The position numbers and the translations under genes were made by a program. The notes beneath the pieces were generated by a model, which was not told the origin of the DNA, made no database searches, and saw only the letters and a list, made by a program, of their open reading frames with translations. 64,000 nucleotides of DNA from Eledone cirrhosa (lineage: Eukaryota): contig OZ024745.1 of the NCBI GenBank assembly GCA_964016885.1, positions 88,412,001-88,476,000 on the forward strand, written 5' to 3'. Shown piece after piece: positions 46,698-59,769 of the stretch. Positions within the stretch are counted from its first letter, which is position 1. Each line of letters starts with the position of its first letter.

Positions 46698-48100
46698 ACG
46701 ACTAGAATGATTGAAAAACACACTTATCAGCAGAAACTACTCAACATCCCTAATCAACAATGGATTCCAACGTGCCCTAAAACTCGACATCCAGACACTT
46801 AGACACCCCAAACCCAGGAATGAACCGCAACAAAAAACTCTACCATACATCTCCACACACAGCCCCCTCAACAATCTTCCAGAACATTCCTTTACTAAAA
46901 AGAGACCCAAGAATGAACAATATCCTCCAAATACACAACATCATAAAGAGCAAAAGACAACCTAAATCCATTAAAAAAAAATCACACAAGCCAAAATCCA
47001 ACAAACCCTCACAATGAACCCTACAGTAATAAAATGTGGAAGGCCCAACTGTGGCATATGCATAAATCTAATAGAAGATTCAACATTCCATTTTAAACAA
47101 GGAAAACATTTCACAGTTAAACCCAACTTTACATGTGCATCTGATAACCTAATCTATGTTTTGACCTGCTCAGGTTGTCAAGAGCACTATATAGGTCAGA
47201 CAAAGAAAAACAGCCTCCGACAATGTATGACCGTCCATAAATCACAAATCAAAATATAGGAATACAGAAAGATTGCATTTAGTGAGCATATCGCCAATTG
47301 TGCACCCAACCAACATCCAAACTTTAAAATGTTCGTCCCCATTTACAAATTCATAGACAACGTTACTTTCATCAATCGTACCAATAAGGAAACATATTTC
47401 ATTAACAAATTCCAACCTCTACTTAATGCACTAAACTTCGGACCAAACTAAAACTGGAACAAACAATCAAATATTTATAAGAGTTACCTCCCTCACACCC
47501 TACCTAATCCTTTTCCTTAAATAAATTAAATAGCATCCAGCTTGAATTGCCTCCCCCTGCATATTAACTCTCTAAAAAGGGAGATCATATCAAACCAAAG
47601 TCGACCATTTGCCTCCATCATGGATCAACTAAGCACCCTTACTATATTAACACATTTTGATCTGCTTAACTTCAAGAACTATGCCTGTAAAAAACATAAT
47701 TTTTTCTTTCACATTGACTTTTTATGCTTCACATTGCGTCCCTTTTTTTCTTTTTTCATGTTTCTTTACACTTCATAAAGCTTGTTTGTAAAAAACATTA
47801 TTCTTTCTGCACCTTTTCTTTAACATGTGCAACACCACCATTCTACACCAATACATATCACTATCATTTGATAATGCATAAAAATGGTGAAACCGGTAAT
47901 AGACAATTAATAAATATATAAATAGATAAATAAATGCCATTGTTAATTAATAAATAAATCAACTAAGACCTTAACACTTCACACACAGTAAAATATTTCA
48001 TTTTAATCATTTTCTAACCCAGAAAAAAGAGAGAGAGAAATAAAAAGGAAAAAAAAAGGAATTTTCTTCCTAATAATCGTCTCTTTCTCCCTGTTTTCAC
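46698..48100 (+). mobile_element. Penelope-like element family D, 3' portion (Neptune-like linker plus GIY-YIG)
   Basis: KCGRPNCGICINL..FTCASDNLIYVLTCSGCQEHYIGQT..LRQCMTVHKSQI..FINKFQPLLN. Decayed HHR at 47861-47902 (TTGATAA..GAAA CCGG TA atag). Confidence 0.88.
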
Positions 48101-48160
48101 ACATATATATATATAAATATACTTACACCCATACAAACTCACACACGCATACACCCACAC

Positions 48161-48206
<46 letters not shown>

Positions 48207-48213
<7 letters not shown>

Positions 48214-48897
48214 AGACGTAAGTAAGTTAATTTTATAATTTTCTTATCTTACGTCTCTTATATTATTGTTATGCAACCCCATGCATTGAACCACAATGTT
48301 ATTAAGACAAAACCTATATATTTGCAAGCATCGATATGCATTTGTATGTATATATATGTTACTAGATATAAATTCTTTATTATTATCTCCAAAATATTTG
48401 TCGAGCAATACTGGCCATGACTGCTACTACTGTAGTAGGCCGGCCGCTGTCTTATTAACAACCCACTTTCCACCGATTGAAAGCGACGTCACGTGTTCGA
48501 TTCTTTTTGAATTTGCCCCGGACACAGAGGCAGTGATTTTCTCAATAGCTAGGAAGTAAATCCAAGCTTTGCTATTTCTTATTCACTGATTTATTTTTTA
48601 ATAAGCTTCCAGTGTCCTCGCTTTGCCTGGAAACTTATATGAGAATTGACTTTCCTGGTGACGGGATGTTTTTCTACACCTTCTTCGGAAGATGTATCTA
48701 CTCCATTCCAGAAAGTAATTAGTTGGAAGTGATATGTTAGTAAGTAAGTTAATTTTATAATTTTCTTATCTTACGTCTCTTATATTATTGTTCTGCAACC
48801 CCATGCATTGAACCACAATGTTATTAAGACAAAACCTATATATTTGCTAGCATCGATATGCATTTGTATGTATGTATGTTACTAGATATAAATTCTT

Positions 48898-48905
<8 letters not shown>
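48207..48905. repeat. TA-flanked element with ~165-bp direct repeats (48219-48385, 48741-48905) and a short inverted cap
   Basis: Repeats are directly visible. ATAAGAGACGTAAG at the left end inverts the internal CTTACGTCTCTTAT. No recognisable ORF. Confidence 0.8.
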
Positions 48906-48995
<90 letters not shown>

Positions 48996-49027
48996 ACACG
49001 GGTGTGTATGATTGTGTATAGAAGATT

Positions 49028-49403
49028 ATATTAATGAGAGGAATTCCAACTTTGTCTGATTTACTCGTTTTATTTACAATCCTTTAAAATGTATAATGGT
49101 ATTATAATGAAATAGCATGGTAGAATATTAAATGTTAAGTGTTAATTGAACAAGTACTTTCATGCTTTCGCAATCTTCAGGTTCATAATGTGTGGTGACA
49201 GTAAAGTTTGCAATTTTCTGAAAATTGCAAACTTGACTGTCACCACACATTATGAACCTGAAGGTTGCGAAAGCATGAAAGTACTTGTTCAATTAACACT
49301 TAACATTTAATATTCTATCATACTATTTCATTATAATACCATTATAAATTTTAAAGGATTGTAAATAAAACGAGTAAATCAGACAAAGTTGGAATTCCTC
49401 TTA

Positions 49404-49410
<7 letters not shown>
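49028..49410. mobile_element. Fold-back mini-element family F, copy 2: ~190-bp arms with almost no spacer; hammerheads at 49147-49185 (minus) and 49253-49291 (plus)
   Basis: Near-perfect palindrome centred at 49219. tgaac CTGAAGA ttgcgaaagcat GAAA GTAC TT gttca. Confidence 0.88.
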
Positions 49411-49443
<33 letters not shown>

Positions 49444-49633
49444 TAACCTGATCGCACCAACTGCAAACAGAACAATACCTTCAAGAACTGAACCACAGTA
49501 ATATAATTACATGCGAGTGTGAGAGAGGGGAGGATAGAGAAATAATTTAGACGGAAGAGAGACAGTCTAAGTAGAAATTACTTGCACTATATAAATATAT
49601 TCTATGGTCTTAGAACAAAGAAACACTTTGGCA

Positions 49634-49690
<57 letters not shown>

Positions 49691-49887
49691 AGTAAGTATG
49701 TTTCGAAACAGTGAGCAGGTTTGAAATTAGAAAATAGAATAGCTTTCACCGTATTACTGTCAATACTCAACGTATTCACGTGTTGACCGTCAAAACTCAT
49801 CTTTTCCATTTATCTGACGGTTCTAAACCCCATTATCAGGCTAAAATTCCTTTAGTCAAAAATACGGTGAAAGCTATTATATATATA

Positions 49888-52800
49888 TAACAATTTCGTA
49901 TTTCAAAAGAAATACTGTTTTAGGAAGCCGTAGCTATGCAAATACCGGGGTGGGGATAACGCCCTCTGGTGATGTCAAGCAGAAGCAAGGAGGACAACCG
50001 TATATGCATTTCAGGCTTAACTGGCCATCGTCAGGACGGTCCCTCTCATCGTTTGCGACTTCTGGACTGGAAGGTAGGCGAGAATATATAGTTTTATCGT
50101 CTGTGTAAATGAGCTTTTAGGAGAGATGGTCACAACTTTAGAAGGCTGCGTTGTTTTACTATTTAGTGGGGAGTTCGTTTCCCTAGCTTGGCTGCTAAAA
50201 CATCACTTCTATTTGTTGTTAGGTGTAGGTAAACAATGAAGCAAAAAGAACATACCTCAAGATTATATGTACATGAGCATTTTAATCAGAGCAATAAACA
50301 AAACAGGTTATATCAGTTGATCCATGATTCGTAATTCGTAATTATCATTTCGTGGCGGTGTTCAAATATCCCGTGAACGCATGCTGTGATACCGCTGTTT
50401 CGCCACCGTCAAACACACCAAGTTGAAAAGAGTGTGTATTCAACTACTGACGTCAGAAAGTGACGCCAGAACTAAGGGCAGTTAATCGACTGACTCCAAA
50501 GTCAAAGCTAGGTGGCGTGATCTTCTACATGGCCTCCCACCAGATTTTCAGAAAAGGAAATAAAAATCGGTTCATCGGAGCATGTATGTAGAAAAACGCT
50601 GAGAAACTAGCAAAAACTCCAAACCAAGGAGCAATCAGCCCAACCGAGCATGAAGGGCACAACAAATTTCAAAAGAACATATGAAACAAGCATGCAAGAA
50701 CGAGAAAGAAAAAAATTATAATAACATGTAAATACAATTTTTAAAAGTTCAAATAGTTCAAATAGGAAATACAGGATTAAAGCCCCGCACAATAGCAGCT
50801 TAAAAATATACAGTACTACACAGTTTTTTGTAAAAAAGGGTCCAGTGGGCAGTTCATATAATAAAAGTTTGGAAGAGTTCTTTGGGCCATGGGACTCTTC
50901 GACTGGAACGGGTCGTAGTCTTATATCTTGGTGATGGGGGGGGGGAGAAGCAGGTGTGTGTGCGAAAGAAAAAGACGGGGGCGTTTGTGGCTAAGGTGTG
51001 ATAGCGTATGTGTCCAAATGTGCTCGTTTGAGTCGATCAATAGAAACTGTCTCTCTGGAACCCTTAATGTCTACAGTAAAATGTTTCTCGGAACGAGATA
51101 ATACACGGTAGGGTCCACAGTACGGTTGTGTGAGAGGTGGTCTCACAGCATCGTTTCTCACGAGCACATGGGTCCACGAGGCAATATCCCTCGGGACTGC
51201 AGATTTTACAATTTGCTTCCTCGTATCCATCGGCGGCAGGTCCTGAAAATAGGAACACAGACGGTATACGTAGGAAAGCGGATCCTGTGCAGCAAGATCG
51301 ACAGGGGCAGCATTTTCCCAGGTAACGCTAGAGGAGCACCATATAATAATTCGGCCGAGGAGAACCCAAATTCCTCCTTTATTGTTGACCGTATCCCCAA
51401 CAACACGTAGAGTCAGGAGAAGTTCGTAGGGCGGCTTTTAGTTGTCGGCGGAAGCGCTCCACCATTCCATTAGAGGCAGGATGATATGCAGTCGTTTGGA
51501 TGCATTTAGCGCCGATGATCTTCGTTAATTTATGGAAGAGATTCGATTCAAACTGCCTTCCACGGTCCGTGGTAATTGACGTTGGTACTCCATATGGAGC
51601 GATCCATCCAGACACAAGGGCACGTGCTGTCGTCTCAGCAGTGATGTCTTTCAAGGGGATAGCTTCAGGCCATCGCGAAAAACGATCGATAACAGTCAAT
51701 ATGTAATTAAGACCACCGCTGATTGGCCAAGGTCCCACGATGTCCACATGAATGTGGCGAAATCGAGCGTCCGGGTTACTAAAAGTACCTAGAGGAGTCT
51801 TAACATGCCTGTGAACTTTTGATTTCTGGCAAGCAACATAGGAACGGCACCACACAGTAATATCACGTCTCATATTTGGCCAGAAGAATCTAGCCGTTAT
51901 GAGTTTTAGTGTGGCAGAAGATCCTGGATGTGAAATGCCGTGTAAAACAAGAAACCCAGTTCGACGATGGTTCAACGGAACCCAAAGGGCGTGGCGCATC
52001 CAAAGAGATGTCGCAGAGGATCCGTCCGTCGATAATGGTGGTATTTGATCCTGCAATTCACAAATTCAGACGATGTAACATCCAACGATTCGAGGGTAGG
52101 CTGATCAGCTGCTAAGCGATTCAAATCTATGTCATCAGACGACGAGATCGAAGCAATCGGCAAACGAGACAGGGCGTCGGCCGTGTATTCATAGAACCCG
52201 GAATACGTTGAATATCATTAGTACATTGAGAGATGAGGTCCAGATGTTTAGTTTCTCTGGACGAGTATTTGTCGGCCTTTGCTCGCAAGGCGAATGTCAA
52301 CGGCTTGTGGTCCGCGAAGATGGTGAACGTTCTTCCTTCAAGCATGTGCGAAAAATGCTTCACCGATAAGTATATAGCTAATACCTACCGTCCAAAGGTA
52401 CTGTAGCGGGTTTCAGCAGGTTTCAGCTTCCTGGAGAAAAATTCCAACGGTTGCTGTTGATCATTTCTACTTTGTTGCAAAACTGCGCCCACGGCAGTAT
52501 CCGACGCATCAACACAAAGCGAAAGCTTAGCATTGGACACTGGGTGAGCCAGCAAAGATGTATTGGCTAGAGCAATTTTCGCATTCTCAAAATCCTCGAG
52601 CTGAGTTTCATTCAAAGAAATGTCTTTATTTTTCTTTCGGCAATTTTTCAAAATATCCGTCAAAGAGAAGAGTAGCTTAGCACAATTAGGCACAAACCCC
52701 CTGTAAAAATTAATCAGCCCCAAGAATTGGCGCAACTGACGGAGTTAGGTTGGTGGAGGCAAATCCTCTATAGCTTTAACTCTCCCAGGAATAGGTTGAA

Positions 52801-55340
52801 TACCGTCAGCGTCAGTGACGTGGCCCAAATAATTCAGAGAATCGGAACCCAAAACACATTTTGATGGATTAATTTGAACACTATAATCCTTGAGACGACA
52901 AAACAAAAGATTCAAATGACGTATGTGTTCTTCTCTGGAGGAACTAGCAATAAGCAGATCATCAATATAAGTGTAGACGAAGTCTAAACCACGAGTGACC
53001 TCATCCATGTACCGTTGAAAGGTGCTAGCAGCATTCCTAAGTCCGAAAGGCATGGTAAGAAATTCGAATGATCCAAATGGAGTCGTAATGGCCGTTTTCG
53101 GAATATCTTCTTTCCTGACAGGAATCTGATAATAAGCTCGAGAAAATTTTACAATCGAGCTTCGAGAAAATGTTACATCCCTGCAACGACGATGCAAAAT
53201 CTTGCAGGTCTGGAATAGGGTATCTATCCGGGACAGTTATAGCATTTAACTTCCTATAATCCCCAGTTGGTCTCCAGTCGCCAGAAGTCTTAGGTACCAT
53301 GTGTAACGGAGAAGCCCAAGGGCTCGTAGAAGGGCGAATTATGCCAAGCTGCAGCATGTGGTCGTACTCGGACCGTGCTGCCTTCAATTTGTCAATCGAC
53401 GAGGACGTGAGAAGACTGGGGCGCCAGTTGTAGAGATAAAATGCTCCGTTGTGTGAGTCGGGTCGACAACTCGAAAATTTCCCTGAGTAAGCTGTGGGAA
53501 CGAATTCAACAATGCATGATAGGGATTCCCAGCATTAGCGATGAAAAAGGTCGGGCTAACCGTTGGAAAATTAGCTTTCTGGCCACGAAGAGAAAAACCA
53601 GTAATGTCGTCTACTAGGCGTCGGCCACGGACGTCCACCGTCAATACAAAATGGTGTAGAAAATCCGCTCCAAAGATCGGGTATGGTAGGTCAGCAACCG
53701 TAAAAATCCATTTGAATTCTCGTCGAAGATTTCTGAATTGCAGAGGAAGCGATGTTTGTCCAAAAGTCCGTATCGGCGAATGATTGACAGCTTGTAGATT
53801 CATTGTGGACTCGGGAGGAGTTTCTTTAACACAGTTCACTGGCCAAATGCTGAAGGAGGCTCCCGTATCTACGAGGAAAGATCTTCTATGAAGAAATGAT
53901 GGTTCTGTTGTGTCTCGCAGAGTTCACTTGCCCCCTTTAGTGACTCTGATCTACATTTGCCGAAGCTGAATATTTATGGAGGCCGGCAATGTTTTGCCTT
54001 CTCCGCGAAGGTGGCATGATACCGGCAAAATAATGGATTGCCGGCGAAAGACTCCTAGGCCACCGGGAATACGGCCTATTCTCCCTGCATAACCGAGCGA
54101 CTTGCTGCGTCAAAGCGTGAATAGCTTTTAACATGGCATCCTCGTGTGTCGAGACGGGCTGGTTCGAAATTGAAGAAAAAGCAGGTAAATTAGGACTACT
54201 CATCATTAGCATGTATCAGTTCCACATAAAAAATACTAAATGATATCCAAGTAAAGAAATGCAACGCATGTTAGATGTTTGGAACAACGGAAAACTACAC
54301 AAATTTCCTTCAACATCCATGAAGAAAGAGGAAATGCAAATTCCGGAATCGACAAGTCACAATAATTCAAGGCAGAAAAATTAAATGTTTTTTTGGTTTT
54401 TTTTTTAATTGGAGAAGGATATGGCATCACATGATGCGTCTCAGCCAATCAGATGGCTGCATTTCGGAGAAGACAGACAATTGGCGGACCAGTCAGCCAT
54501 TGTGAATTCTTTTTGTGTTAAACGAACAATTTTCAATTTCGTTATTTGCGCTAGTTGCAAGAAATAAAATATTAGTTTCATCAATTTTTTTTTTTATGTT
54601 TCTCTAGAAGTTTTTAGAAGTCTTTTTTAGAAGGCTGTGTAATGCATAATCGGGATCAACCACTTTCGGAACGATGGTCATCACTTTAGAAGGCTGCGTT
54701 GTTTTACTATTTAGTGGGGAGTTCGTTTCCCTAGCTTAGCTGCTAAAACATCTCTTCTATTTGTTGTTAGGTGTAGGTAAACAATGAAGTAATAAGAACT
54801 TACCTCGAGATTATATGTACATGAGCATTTTAATCAGAGCAATAAACAAAACAGGTTATCATATCAGTTGCTCCATGATTGGTAATTCGTAATTATCATT
54901 TCGTGGCGGTGTTCAAATATCCCGTGACCGCATGGTGTGATATCAATGTTTCGCCACCATCACACGCGTCTGCTCGCATCAACACACCAAGTTGAAAAGA
55001 GTGTGTATTCAGCTATTGACGTCAGAACGTGACGTCAGAACTAGGTGCAGTTAATCGATTGCCTCCAAAATCATAGCTAGGTGGCGTGATCTTCTACAAG
55101 CTGATTAATCTCATTTGCATATGAAGCTGCATAAGTTGGCTCAACTTATAATAGAAAAGAAATAGGATTTGTCGGAAGCGGTGGGAGGGACCATCCTGAC
55201 GATGTCCAGTTAAGCCTGAAATGCAAAGACTGTTTTCCCCTTTGCTGCTTCTGGACATCACCAGGTGGCGTTGGCCCCCCGGTGTTTGCATAGCCTCGGC
55301 TTCCTAAAACCGTATTTCTTTGGAAATACGAAATTATTAT
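49888..55340. mobile_element. Fold-back hammerhead element (arms 49888-50059 and 55171-55340) split by the Gypsy insertion
   Basis: The arms are diverged reverse complements. Two-arm consensus: accgtc CTGACGA tggc cagttaa gcct GAAA TGCA TA gacggt (49997-50040 minus; 55190-55233 plus). Confidence 0.75.
50116..55098 (-). mobile_element. Ty3/Gypsy LTR retrotransposon, decayed, gag largely deleted
   Basis: LTRs 50116-50529 and 54664-55098; AGCT TSD (50112-50115, 55099-55102); PBS-like TGGTTGATCCCG; PPT-like GGTGGGAGG. PR (FLVDTGA), RT ([14 protein letters not shown]), RNase H (VDASD, DHKPL), integrase (HVDIVGP, TDRGRQF, NGMVER) in Gypsy order. Confidence 0.95.
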
Positions 55341-55343
55341 ACA

Positions 55344-56272
55344 TTAGCAGCAGTACCCAGCGTTGCCTGGGTAGGTAAAATAATATCTGCTTTGATGAAA
55401 ACGTGTTGATCTTAGCGACTGCGAGTTACTTGAAAATAGGTCGTAAGGTGTAGCAAATGGAGAAATGTTGAGTGAAATCGTATGGAATATGTGGGAGGTG
55501 GAAAGAATCGTATTTTGAAGAGTTAAACAGCTGCCACGCCGTCCTTGAACAAAACATGCAAAGTGTAAAGCTACTATAAGATGTACAATGATATGTTATA
55601 TCGTAGTAAAAACGTTGAACCAAATAAATTGATTTATGTGTGAGATGGAGCTGAAGTTTCGAATTTGAACGAAATCGGTTGAAAAATGTGGGAGCTTGAA
55701 CCGAAAAGGCGGATATTTGAGCGAAAAGGTGGTATTTTCGAATATTTAAGCGGCTGCCACGCCGTTCCTGAACAAGAAATCCAAAATGTGAAGCTACTTT
55801 AAGACGTGAAATAATCAGATCTAGCGTAGTGTAAAATTTGAACAAAGTAGGTTGATTAATGTGGGAGCTACAGCAGAAAAAGTGTAAATTTGTGTCTAAA
55901 AGTGGTATTTTTTAATATTTAAGCGGCTGCCACGCCGTCCCTGAACAACAAATGCAAAATATAAAGTGATTACAGGATGTGCAATGATAAATTCTATTTT
56001 GCTTTAGAGTTTGAACGAAATCGGTGGCAAAATGTGGGAGCTAGAGCCAAAAATCTTATTTTTCGATACCTAAAAAAAGGTGATCCCGCTATCGATTTTT
56101 ATCTGCAGAATGACCCCAGAATAAAAGAAACGATACGCTGACTAAACACTCCCCGATGACTAATCTATGAGACTGTAAAGTTTCATGAAAATCGGTGGTA
56201 AGATGTAGACCCCTATAGGTAATACTCATACACACATACATACACACACATACACATACTTAATTTTATATA
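55344..56272 (-). mobile_element. Non-autonomous Helitron-like element
   Basis: Minus strand starts TATATAAAA + (TG/TATG)n and ends with hairpin TACCCAG-gcaacg-CTGGGTA then CTGCTGCTAA (CTAG-like). Internal sub-repeats (GCTGCCACGCCGT x3, GAACGAAATCGG x2). Confidence 0.55.
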
Positions 56273-56277
56273 TAATT

Positions 56278-57140
56278 TTAATATAATTGCTCCTTACGTT
56301 GAGCTGATAGTAGCCCCATATATACGGCTGTTATTTCTAGCAGTACGAGTATGAGGCTGGCTAGAAACTGTAAAACCATGTGCGTTAAACAGTCTTTTAA
56401 AATATTTAGAAGTGAAGCATATCAATTTGTCAATTTGCCAATATTGTTCGTTTTTATTGATTTATTATTTCAAATCGAGATAGGCAAACTGTAATATTAT
56501 AATTAGTATAATTCATTCTAGCTATCTTAATTTCTTTTACAATATAAACACAGATATGTTGGTATTTGTGTTTCATCATATATATTAATTTATATTTACC
56601 TGTATTACACGGCTCAGAAATATTTTTTTCTTTGAGCTATTTCATTGTAAAGGAATACTTGAGTTTTGAACTCAATACACTTAATATAATTGCTCCTTAC
56701 ATTGAGCTGATAGTAGCCCCATATATACGGCTGTTATTTCTAGCAGTACGAGTATGAGGCTGGCTAGAAACTGTAAAACCATGTGCGTTAAACAGTCTTT
56801 TAAGATATTTAGAAGTGAAGCATATTAATTTGTGCAGGGTGTTTACTGATGTGAGCTGGACATAATATCCTTACACTTATTCATTTCGAAACACATTTGG
56901 ATTTTAAAGTTTAAACTTATCTACGGAACAGGTTTGATTTTGAAATTTAAATTTGTCTAAACACCATGGCCATTTGCCAATACTGTTTGTTTTTATTGAT
57001 TTATTATTTTAAATCGAGATAGGCAAACTGTAATATTATAATTAGTATATTTCATTCTAGCTAACTTAATTTCTTTTACAATATAAACACATATATGTTG
57101 GTATTTGTGTTTCATCATATATATTAATTTATATTTACTT
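56278..57140. repeat. Local tandem duplication (~320 bp; second copy has a ~135-bp insertion)
   Basis: 56278-56600 repeats at 56682-57140. Confidence 0.9.
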
Positions 57141-57218
57141 GTATTAATTTCATATATATACAGATATTGTATAAAGCTATGCTTGAAGCGAAATACTATT
57201 TCTGTTCATATATATATA

Positions 57219-57414
57219 TATTCATTTTAGTAAGGTTAAGAGTGAGTCTTGTTACAATGGAGTTTCGCCTGTTTATCACAGCGTCATCAGACAAGAGCAA
57301 TTGTTATCTGATGATCCTGTGATAAACAGGCGAAACTCCAGAGTAATAAGACACACAATTTAGCCTTAATAAAATGAATATTAAAACTCTTGGGTTTTGA
57401 ATATTGTTTTCCAT

Positions 57415-57418
<4 letters not shown>
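57219..57418. mobile_element. Fold-back mini-element with back-to-back hammerheads (57247-57296 minus, 57304-57349 plus)
   Basis: Minus: tcttgt CTGATGA cgctgt gataa acaggc GAAA ctccattg TA acaaga. Plus: ttat CTGATGA tcctgt gataa acaggc GAAA ctccagag TA ataa. TA flanks. Confidence 0.82.
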
Positions 57419-57461
<43 letters not shown>

Positions 57462-57465
<4 letters not shown>

Positions 57466-57657
57466 GTTTAACCCTGACGGCAGAGCTCAAGCCGTTTCAA
57501 CGGCTTTTTCTGGACTGGAGTCCAGAAATAGCCGTTGATACGGCTTAAGCTCTGCCGTCAGGGATAAAAATGTTCATATTACCCACTCTACTACTATAAG
57601 TAATGAGTACTCAGGTGCTTTATGGTCCATCTGGTTCCTTACCACACTTCCTTCGTT
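57462..57657. mobile_element. Fold-back mini-element family G
   Basis: Hairpin centred on CTGGACTGGAGTCCAG, with the same tail as 12143-12212. Confidence 0.8.
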
Positions 57658-57680
57658 ATATAATATATATATATATATAT

Positions 57681-57873
57681 TTAATAAAGAGAAACAAACA
57701 CAGATATATACATATATGCGTTCAAATCACGAGGGATTTATCGTAATGTATCCTCTTAATTGAGTTTAACGAACCGTATTATCCTTAGTTAGTATTTTCC
57801 TCCCCGTAACGGTTTACGTTCCTTGTGATTTGAACGCATATATGTATATATTTGTGTTTGTTTCTCTTTATTA
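57681..57873. repeat. TA-flanked inverted-repeat element (~55-bp arms)
   Basis: TAATAAAGAGAAAC..TTCAAATCACGAGG / CCTTGTGATTTGAA..TCTCTTTATTA. No HHR core seen. Confidence 0.8.
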
Positions 57874-57964
57874 TATTATATTATAATATAATATTTTTTT
57901 CCTTCAGCTTTTTAATTATAACGGACTATTGTGTGTTTTTAACTCAATATATACTTTTGATATG

Positions 57965-58017
<53 letters not shown>

Positions 58018-58214
58018 AATAAGCGTTAAAGCAACTGTTACATAATCGTTTTTATTGGATTATACATATTTCAGTGATACTCGTGTAAGCTGTTTTGCAA
58101 TCATTACAACAGCAATCGGCACTAGTGTGGCATCATCAGACGTTAACAGAATTATTTGAGTGAATTGATATGTTGCATGCAAACGCTTCAATATTTGTGA
58201 AAGTCCAGTGGAAA

Positions 58215-58248
<34 letters not shown>

Positions 58249-58249
<1 letters not shown>

Positions 58250-58410
58250 GGATTCAGGGCCCCGACGGCTGTTTTGAGAGCTAGGTGTCGAAACGGCCGG
58301 TGCTGAGCCGTCGGGGTCCTGAATCTCTTCATATCACCCACTCTACTACCCCAAGTATCAAATACACTGGTGGTTTATTGTCCACATGGTATTTTACCAC
58401 GCCCATCTGA
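58249..58410 (+). mobile_element. Diverged family G mini-element
   Basis: GAAA CGGC cggtgctga GCCG TC ggggtcctgaatc with a 20-bp inverted cap and the homologous CCCACTCTACTACC tail. Confidence 0.7.
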
Positions 58411-59769
58411 TATATATATATATATGATTTATATAGATATGAGTGTGTGTGTGTGTATGTGTGTGTGTATGTGTCTGTCTGGGTGTGTCTGTATCTTTAA
58501 ACTTATCTTAATGGTCTGTAATCATGTAATGGATCTGTATATGTTAAGATGAATAAATTGGAAAGTGAGTTTTTGATACGAGTAAATTCTAATCAGAACA
58601 CCAGAACATACGTTATTATACAGTATTTAATTCAATTCAGTACTACATAATAACGATAAACATGTCGATAATACACTCTTGCTACTGCTCATTGTAGCTA
58701 TTTGTATTTATTCGAGGCCACCTTCATTTGCAGCAAGGAAGCATTTAATCGAGGACACAACCTACAATCTTTGAAAGAACATATATTGCACTTCCTATGT
58801 TTAATACCCCTTCATCTACGCCATTTCTATTGAATCATCATTGATTAAATCCTCAAAATTTGCGAGCAATCAAGGGAATATGTACGAGGTCACTTTATTT
58901 GCAGAGAAAAGCATCCATCTTTCCATTAAATCTCGCTTGTCAGTCTTTAGAATGATATTTAATACTACATTGGATGGTTTAGTGTTGGATTTACGAAGCT
59001 ATGAAAAAGACAAGATATTATTTGCTGAACTGATTATTGGTCTGTTCAGTTAATGTTAAATATAACTTTAAAAAAAACACAAAATATAAAGTAAAGTGAA
59101 TCTGTACCCAGTCTGTATAGACGCTGAGAATCATATACTCAGTCAAACGGAAGAGCCAAAATGATTCAAAGTTGAATAAATGTTAACACAGAAGGGAAGA
59201 ATATTAAATCAAAATCATTTTTACTGTGGGGAATGAGATGCGTAAGCTCAGAACTAATATTAATCAAATCTGTTTAAAGCAAAGCTGAAATATACTAATA
59301 GATATTTACTTTAATCAGACTATTGTCCGTATAGCGGAGAAATATCCATATTTTCATATAAGTATTGTGATAATATGTAGAACACAAGGGAAGTCAGACG
59401 ATATGACATTCATTCCTTTAGTAAAGTATTTAGCCTTATTAACACATGTGAGTTACTTCAAACCGGGAATAGAAACTAAGTTGTGGTCTTCAGAGTGTAA
59501 ACATCCACTTTTGTCATATAATCTAAAACAGAATTTCGTATTTTGTTAAAAGTATGCACACATGTATGAGTGATTGCACAATTACCATGTTTACCTGCAT
59601 GATTGAAATAAATAACAGCTAAGAATGTATATACAGATCGCAGAAATAGAGAACAAAACTTTACTTGCTTGAATTTTTCCTCCTTATCAAAAGAATATAA
59701 TCAATGTGAGAGAATTTAAATAACAACAGCTAAGACTGCATACCAAGCTGGCAGAAACAGGGTGCATGG

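Noticed and set aside
49735-49880. Minus-strand CTGATAA..(long)..GAAAGCTATT with a short inverted cap
   Set aside because: The layout fits the mini-element class but the core is damaged and stem II cannot be drawn.
58082-58142. Minus-strand cgt CTGATGA..AAAA CAGCTT AC acg hammerhead candidate
   Set aside because: G12 and U16.1 are both absent. Likely decayed, so not called.
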